From Octopus vulgaris (taxonomy: Eukaryota), in contig OX597815.1 of assembly GCA_951406725.2 (NCBI GenBank), positions 96,038,001 through 96,102,000 of the forward strand: a stretch of DNA of 64,000 bases, given 5' to 3'. Position numbers and translations under genes: made by a program. The notes under the pieces are model-generated. The model searched no databases, had not been told where the DNA came from, and saw only the letters and a program-made list of their open reading frames with translations. Shown here piece after piece: positions 56,790 to 64,000 of this stretch; position 1 is the stretch's first letter; each line of letters starts with the position of its first letter.

Positions 56790-57060
56790 ACATGAAACAG
56801 AAACACCCAGTGATATATTAAGGCAACACCTTTTCTACCCGAAGCAGACGGTTACGTTACTGGCATAGGTAACATATGCTGGTGTTTCATTCAGCTCTAA
56901 TAGATTAAAATGAATAATACCTTCCATGTCATATTCCACATTGAATATAATCGTATATGGGAGAACTATTGTTCTCAGACGTCGGTCTTCTTGCTCCTGT
57001 GGTGAAGAATCCGCTGTCAAACAGTGACCATCCAAAATGTATGTGATTGGAATTTTCGTA
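56790..57060 (-). mobile_element. Possible second mariner remnant
   Basis: YDMEGIIHFNLLELNET resembles mariner WD..GIIH.ELL..NET. Confidence 0.45.
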
Positions 57061-57123
57061 TATGGAGCAATTTACAGTGGCAACGTATTTGTTGACTAAT
57101 CGATGGCAAAGGAATATGAATAC

Positions 57124-57374
57124 CACTGGGAACATTTTTGGAAGAAAATTTACTTGTCTTGCTTTTTACTATTAGTGCTACTTAATTTGATGGTGCTGAG
57201 TTCAGAAATATCCTCAGAAATTTTCTATCATCCCAAGTTTCTTTGTTAACCAGGAATTACATCTTTAGCAAACTGTTAATTTCGTCATTAAATGGAATTC
57301 TAACGCAAATGAAATAGTAATCGGTATTAAATGCTGTACTGACACACTTGATTTAGCACTTTTTTATTGATTAG

Positions 57375-57418
<44 letters not shown>

Positions 57419-57827
57419 GTTAATCCAAACATGAAAACACAAAGAGAAAACACAACAACGCGAGGACGTGGAACACGTATAGTATTATTGGACGCTCAGG
57501 AAAGAAGGAGGGTTTAACGTTGCGAGCGGAGCTCTTCGTCAGAAACATAGTAAAAGGAAAGATCCAAAGAAGGGATGACGGAGGAAAAAATTCGCCAACG
57601 GTACACACGCGGTCACACACTCACATATATATATATATATACATTTTATTTAATTTTTCCACAATTTAATTGTTTTTCGTACTTTACTCTAAGTTGAAAA
57701 AGTCGCAAAGATTGAAACCGATAATAAAATGTTCTTCATGATGAAATTATTTTAGAATTTTCTACCTTGTTTTATTTTCTTTCCCTCCTCTTTCTCTCTC
57801 TCTTTCGTTCTCTCTCTCTCTCTCTCT

Positions 57828-57878
<51 letters not shown>

Positions 57879-58500
57879 TAATTACACATCTTCGCATAGA
57901 TATTTCCGTCAATTTGGAGCTTCAGTTACTGACCGAGTGAACTTTCTTTTTGTTGATTGCGCGAATAACCTGCAACCCGACTGTCTCTACAGACATCGGC
58001 AGTGACCAGCAATCATGTTTGTGTTGTTCAGGCTTGATATCTGGTCCCCCTGGTCATAATGTGTTGGTCGGAAATAACACCATGCTCATCAATGGTTGCA
58101 CCAAGATTTTCAGAGAAGTCCAAATGACTGTGCAGGAAATGCACTTTTACACTCCTGTTTCAACCTAGAGATTGATAACTAGCTAGGAGAGTCTGAAGAA
58201 TATTTTCATGTTTTGATGAGTTCCTGTTTTCCAGGAAATCAGGCACAACTTCAACAAAATCATACCAAACTTCTTTTTCAACGCCATACATGGTCTCCAA
58301 AATGTGATCGTCCAGGAATAGCCGCCTGATCTGCGAGCCATCAATGATATCAGCCTTAATTTTCTCACTTTACAAGACTGAAAACATTCTGCTAAAGTAT
58401 TTGAAACAGTTACAGTTTCAGTTTTTAACACATGTTTTACACATTATATGGAGTACATGTTGCCTCTAGAATTCTCATGAAGAAAATGGTAATTGCCACG
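57124..58500 (-). mobile_element. Decayed Chapaev3-like (CMC) DNA transposon, interrupted by insertions
   Basis: Minus strand KIKADIIDGSQIRRL..W..F..V..FL.N..SYQSLG*NRSVKVHFLHSHLDFSENLGATIDEHG...RYQ...MIAGHC; terminal-like CACTGGGAACATTTTT at 57124. The family label is from recall. Confidence 0.65.
57417..57618 (-). mobile_element. Short hammerhead-like pLTR/SINE-like repeat, copy 3
   Basis: Minus strand GTTT CTGACGA A GAGC-tcc-GCTC GCAAC GTT AAAC (57512-57546). Confidence 0.8.
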
Positions 58501-59810
58501 ACTACATTTTCCAATCACTTTTTCCATCTTGATGATAATCCACTTTCACAAGCTTGGTTGCTTTGAAGGCGTTAATAATACTGTGATACCACTATCAATC
58601 GCAATACTAAAATATGTTTTATGTCTAAAGGTACCGTTCATGAAATGCTTACGCATCAGAGGAATTACCCAGCTATGAATACATATTTTGGAATGCATAA
58701 TACGTTTTACAATGTTCAAACACGCAATGTGACAGAGTTGTTAGCACAACTTGATTTATATATTTGCATCCGACAAACACTTGCTTGCTACGAAGTGAAA
58801 ACCTCCTACAAACTGCATAAAAATTTATTCTCTTACACACTCCGCCTCCAAATACAACTGTATTGTAAAATTGGATATGTTAATCATCGCAAGACTCTGC
58901 AAGGAATATAATTATGTAATTATTTATTTTACTTCCTCATAGCGCATCCACGAAATGAAGCAGAAAGCACAGATCTGAACATTCCTTTATAACTCTCCAT
59001 ATTTCTATAATTACCACGATAGCCTTAGACCACAGATGCTCACAAGAGATAGGATCTTCACAATATCCGGTGACATCTATCGCCAAAAGGGATATGTGAA
59101 ACTTTCAAAATGAATATCTACTAGAAATGCTAATGAATCCCTTATGTTATTTGCTTGGTATCTCCAAAAAAAATTGACGCAAGTTTAACGTAGAACTCAA
59201 ATATCATCATATCATCATGCCAATAACACGGGAACTAACATGGAAAAGACACTAACAGCGAAAAGTACTGGACCATAGGCTGGTTTCCAGCGATAACATA
59301 ACTTCACAACCACCACCTTATCCTTCATCAGCGTCGCAAACACTTTACCCAAAACATAACCAAGAGTATTTGCGCTTCGATGCATTAGCTTGTCTATATG
59401 TATATACCAACTGAGTGATGAAAAACGTGAACACATAAATGGCAAATGAAAATGCAAACTCTGTCTAAGATATCTCCTACAAATACAGGTATACACACAC
59501 ATACACACACAAACACACATGTTCACACAAAAACATTCACACATACACATATACAGGAACACACATATGCATACATATACATGCATATTTGTGTTTTGGA
59601 ATTGTTTGAGAATTACTTTGTAGTTTCGAGTCCGCTTCTCAAGCTATGCAGTACATTTTACGAAGCGCTATATATATTTTCGTTTATTCCTGTGTGTGTT
59701 GTAGTCTAATTCCTAATTATAATACGGCAAGCTGGCAGAATCATTACCAAGCGGGCTAAAACATTTAGCATCATTTCAGCAGTCTTTACGTTTTGATTTG
59801 AAATTGCAGC

Positions 59811-60002
59811 TATACACATACATGTATAACATATTATGCTTTACATATATAACATATAAAGATACCATTAATTATTAAAACATATAACATACAGGAATAG
59901 AAATTCCTAATTTCTATTCCTGTATGTTATACATTATAATAATTATTGGTATCTTTATATATTATATATTTAAAGCATAGTATATTATACATGTATGTAT
60001 AT
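59811..60002. repeat. Imperfect AT-rich palindrome (~95-bp arms, 3-nt loop CCT)
   Basis: Core TATAACATACAGGAATAGAAATT-CCT-AATTTCTATTCCTGTATGTTATA with outward symmetry. Confidence 0.9.
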
Positions 60003-60324
60003 TGTTGTAATTTTCATTTTAGTAAATGAATAAATAAATTGACATAATATAATGTCTAAAAGTTGAATAATACCACCTATTGATCCCCTCCATTTTCTTA
60101 TTGCGCTATAAATTAAGGGGAAATAACTCTTTACATTCACCCATTTAGTACACTCGGTAATGTTATTGCAATGGAATAACAAAGATTTGTGTATTAATAG
60201 TTGGGTATTCTACCAGCAGTATATTGGATAGATATTATCCCTTAGTTGGTTGGATTCAAAACCTCTAACTTTCTTGAATAAATATACATACATACAAACA
60301 TACATACACACACACACACACATA

Positions 60325-60375
<51 letters not shown>

Positions 60376-60425
60376 ATATATATATATATATATATGTATA
60401 CATCAGTACATGTATATACATACAT

Positions 60426-60702
60426 ATTTCATCATCCAGGGAGCAAGAAAATTTGAGTGTGGTACCCAGGTAAACAAACTTGTCTACCACTTTCATTATT
60501 GTTCCTTCAACCAAGATAGCTGGTTCTACTTATGGATTTCTTGATGCAGGCAGCAACGTTACAATGATCTTGTCCAGTCCAAATGCCCTGCAAGAAGCAG
60601 AAATACGATTCATGGATATTTGCATATCATCCACTGTGTGAGTCACAGTCATCTGCATAAAGGAGGTCACGAATACAAGACTGTAAAACTTTTGATTTGG
60701 CA
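60426..60702 (-). mobile_element. RTE fragment of the same family as 49789-53170
   Basis: High similarity to 50539-50835 (LLYADD, VEGTIMKVVDKFVYLG, CSLDDEI). Confidence 0.9.
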
Positions 60703-61838
60703 TATATATGTGCGCATGTGTGTGGTGTGTGTGACTGACAGGGATGTCAAAAAATTTTTATGCAAAACTTACAGCAATATTGTCGATGGTTGCCGTTAGA
60801 ACGGGTAATCAATATCCTTAGATACCATACGTTCACTGATATCCGAAACGCAGTAAGACCGTTTAGTGCGGAAATATCAACATTTCTCTCCCGAAATCGT
60901 AATTAAAGATTCATAAAAGAAAACACGTATGATACACATTTATTTGTAACAGAAAAAATTAAAGGGTATGATAAAAGTATTATTATAGTTATAATAAATG
61001 TATTAATTATGATTAATGACACTGAAAATATCAAAAACGAGGTTAACTAATTTCAAGTGCAAGCAATTTCAATGAATTAAGTATCGTAACATTGTTGTCA
61101 TACTCAATGTATACCTACATTTGCACCCCCAGTATATACACACTTATTTTTAAAAGTATATTTATTTTTACAAACTTAGGGGTACTTTATTAAATTGCTA
61201 ATATATATATATATATATATATCCTCAAATAGATATTCCTTCCTAGGAAGAAATAACAATTCCATCTCACAGCCTTATATTCTTTTATTTGTTATTTAAA
61301 AACAAAGATGCTTTTAAATGATTGGAAGATTCGAGCATAGACCCATTCAATTATGAAGGATCAGAAGGTACACATTCATTAATTTCGTACAGCGTATTAC
61401 CTCCGAATAGAAATGAAAGAAAAATAGACATGATTGATGAGGTATTTAATTCTACAATTAACTTTATTCTCATTCGCTTCGTATATATTTGATATTGCTA
61501 CACATACATGCATATATACATACAGCTTCATACATGCATGCATTTCATAGATACATGTGTATACGTTTTTAGACATATACCTATAGACATGCACACACAG
61601 ACACACACGCACACATATATATATATGTAAGTATGTATTTATATATTTATATATATATATATATATATAAACAAAGTCAAAATGCGATAAAATAAAATTA
61701 ATTATTATCGCCGGTGATCTAGCACAGGCCATATATTATTCATATATAAGTACACTAAAAGGCGAAGTATGTACTAGATACACAGAAGCTTGATAAATTT
61801 AGTGAAATGAAAATAAAAACGTTTACTAACTCGGTTCA

Positions 61839-61909
61839 TCTTATACTGCAGTTTCGTCTTTTTCAGCAATAAAAATAATTTATTTACTCAGGGAGATTCA
61901 TCAGTAAGA
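61839..61909 (-). ncRNA. Type-I hammerhead ribozyme, copy 1
   Basis: Minus strand TCTTA CTGATGA ATCT..long stem-loop..AGAC GAAAC TGCA GTA TAAGA. Confidence 0.82.
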
Positions 61910-62236
61910 GCCCTGTTATTCTGAAATCGCACCTCAATAGAAGCATGTGCGTCTACTAATTTGCTCTTTCTAACTAATCATATCACTGCACAGACGCAGA
62001 ACGTACCCGACAAGCTAGGGGTTTCTGGTATATTGTCTAACGCTCAACATTTATCGAGAAATATGTAAACAAACTCAAAATGCGATAAAATAAAATTAAT
62101 TATTATCGCCGGTGATCTAGCACAGGCCATATATTATTCATATATAAGTACACTAAAAGGCGAAGTATGTACTAGATACACAGAAGCTTGATAAATTTAG
62201 TGAAATGAAAATAAAAACGTTTACTAACTCGGTTCA

Positions 62237-62307
62237 TCTTATACTGCAGTTTCGTCTTTTTCAGCAATAAAAATAATTTATTTACTCAGGGAGATTCATC
62301 AGTAAGA
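62237..62307 (-). ncRNA. Type-I hammerhead ribozyme, copy 2
   Basis: Identical to copy 1, shifted by 398 bp. Confidence 0.82.
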
Positions 62308-62396
62308 GCCCTGTTATTCTGAAATCGCACCTCAATATATATATATATATGTATCCTTATATATGTGTATATATGCATACATGTATAAAACAATTA

Positions 62397-62444
<48 letters not shown>

Positions 62445-62446
<2 letters not shown>

Positions 62447-64000
62447 CCTACCGAGTTCAACGCTCAATCTACCCTATCAAACGCTTTACTTTTGTCCAAG
62501 TGGACCAGTGCGCCACCTTTGCTGGTTAATTTATCCAACCTGTCAAAGGTGTAGCAAATACGATGAAGATTATCTGGGTTCGACCTGCCTGGGATGGCAC
62601 ATGCCTGCGCCTTCCCTACAATATTTTCCACCATACGCGTCAGCCTTTTAGCTAGCACCTTAGCCAAAATTTTTAACTCTACATAGAGTAGAGTTATGGG
62701 CCTGTAATTATTTATAATATCCCTCTTGCTCGTGTCCTTCTGGATCAGCGTCACCACTCCCCGACTCACACAGCTAGAAATCTTCCCATTCTGTTGCCAG
62801 TTTCTGTAAACGCTGCCCAGCATGCTATTATAATGTCCGGCAAGCTACTATAAAACTCATAGGGTAGACTTTCCAGCACCGGCGACTTTTCCCCGGCGCT
62901 CTCGGTCCTTCACAACACCTCACATCCCGTGCCGAGAGTCGCGGCCCTCCGGTGAGGAAGACATTTAGGGACTTGCCACGCTCTAGTGCACAGCCATGTC
63001 TGGACAACCATGCGAAATGCTGATGAAAGTCCTTCGGCATCTCATCCTGTCCATAGATCTTTCGCCCCTGTTCGTCTGTTAAAGACTTTATAGAGACTTT
63101 TTACGCCTCTGACTCACCACACGTCGTGCCCATCCGATAACTTTAATACCTTCTCGTCCCAATGCACGTAATTTAGCTCTAACTCTGCAGCCTTCGTGCT
63201 TGGCGTTGAGGTGACGGTACAAGACCGTTCTTGCCGCCGGGACTCCAGATGCAGAGCCAGATTCCAAGGCCTCGTCTAATTTGTTAACTAAGTGACTCTC
63301 TATTCTAGGTCTATGTAAATTTAACTGATTGCTAAATCTAATAAACTCTTTAATAAACGAATGGCTCTCTTGAGGGGATGCCACATTCTATTATTAATGA
63401 TGTCGCCACATAGTGCCCTCTGTACTAACTCCTTAATCCGGGCACGGAAGGCTTTACAAGTCAAAATAGACTTGTTCAACTTCCGGTATCCGGGTCCCTG
63501 TCAATGACATTTATCTATAGGTACCTCACACGTCACAAATTTGTGTCCGTGTAAGGTACAATACCAAAATGTGGACAACTAAAAATATTCTCATCGCTAT
63601 CTCTAACGAATACCCTATCCACGTAAGATCTGCGTGAGCGGTCGTTATAACTCCACATCCACTGTGGAACGCGGCTCATCCAATCTGTAAAGGTCTACTA
63701 GATTATAGCTATCCAGGAGACACCTGAGGCCAGGATTTCTCTTCCTATCAGTCAACCCAACACTATACACCCGTGCATCGAGGATAGTGTTAAAGTCTTT
63801 TAATAGAACTCGCATTTTAGACGTCACTAGAAACTGCTTCAGGTCTCGAAAAAAAATCGACGGCCCACGCTCGTTAGGAGCGTAGACAGCTATCAACCTG
63901 AAGGACTGTTTACTTTCGTGAGTTACATCCAGGACGACCAGCCTACCTTCTGGATCCAGAAAGAGAGTACGCACTTGCAAGCCCAAGTTCTTCCTTAATA
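62445..64000 (-). mobile_element. L1/Tx1-clade LINE ORF2 (EN and first half of RT), decayed, runs off the window
   Basis: DPEGRLVVLDV, IAVYAPN, DFN; NYRPITLL..ELKILAKVLAKRL, Q.CAIPGRS..DNL, LDKSKAFDRVD; cut at a (TA)n tract. Confidence 0.9.

Larger units (their letters stand above)
61668..62337 (-). mobile_element. Retrozyme-like / tandem pLTR element: 272-bp direct repeats with 398-bp period, each with a hammerhead
   Basis: 61668-61939 and 62066-62337 differ by one base on manual comparison; (TA)n on both flanks; no ORF. Confidence 0.8.

Overview
This is AT-rich, microsatellite-saturated eukaryotic DNA. The SINE families, the RTE/Penelope load and the (TA)n/(CA)n/(TACA)n density suggest a coleoid cephalopod, probably Octopus (inference). 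I could not recognise any host protein-coding exon, so the window looks intronic or intergenic, and nearly all ORF-track entries are microsatellite artefacts or antisense shadows of TE ORFs. Mobile elements: a full-length mariner with TIRs and a TA TSD (2482-3733); three large RTE-clade LINEs, two of them with three C-terminal C2H2 zinc fingers, plus four smaller RTE fragments; a young CR1 with an unbroken RT frame; an R4/Dong-like fragment; an L1/Tx1 LINE; a decayed Chapaev3-like transposase; Naiad-type Penelope fragments; and several tRNA-type SINEs. The most notable signal is non-coding. The window holds many minimal type-I hammerhead ribozyme motifs. Two of them sit in an almost identical 272-bp direct repeat with a 398-bp period (61668-62337), which has the architecture of a retrozyme/tandem pLTR predicted to release a ~398-nt self-cleaved, possibly circular RNA. 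Several long near-perfect foldback palindromes also occur. All alignments and folds were done by eye.
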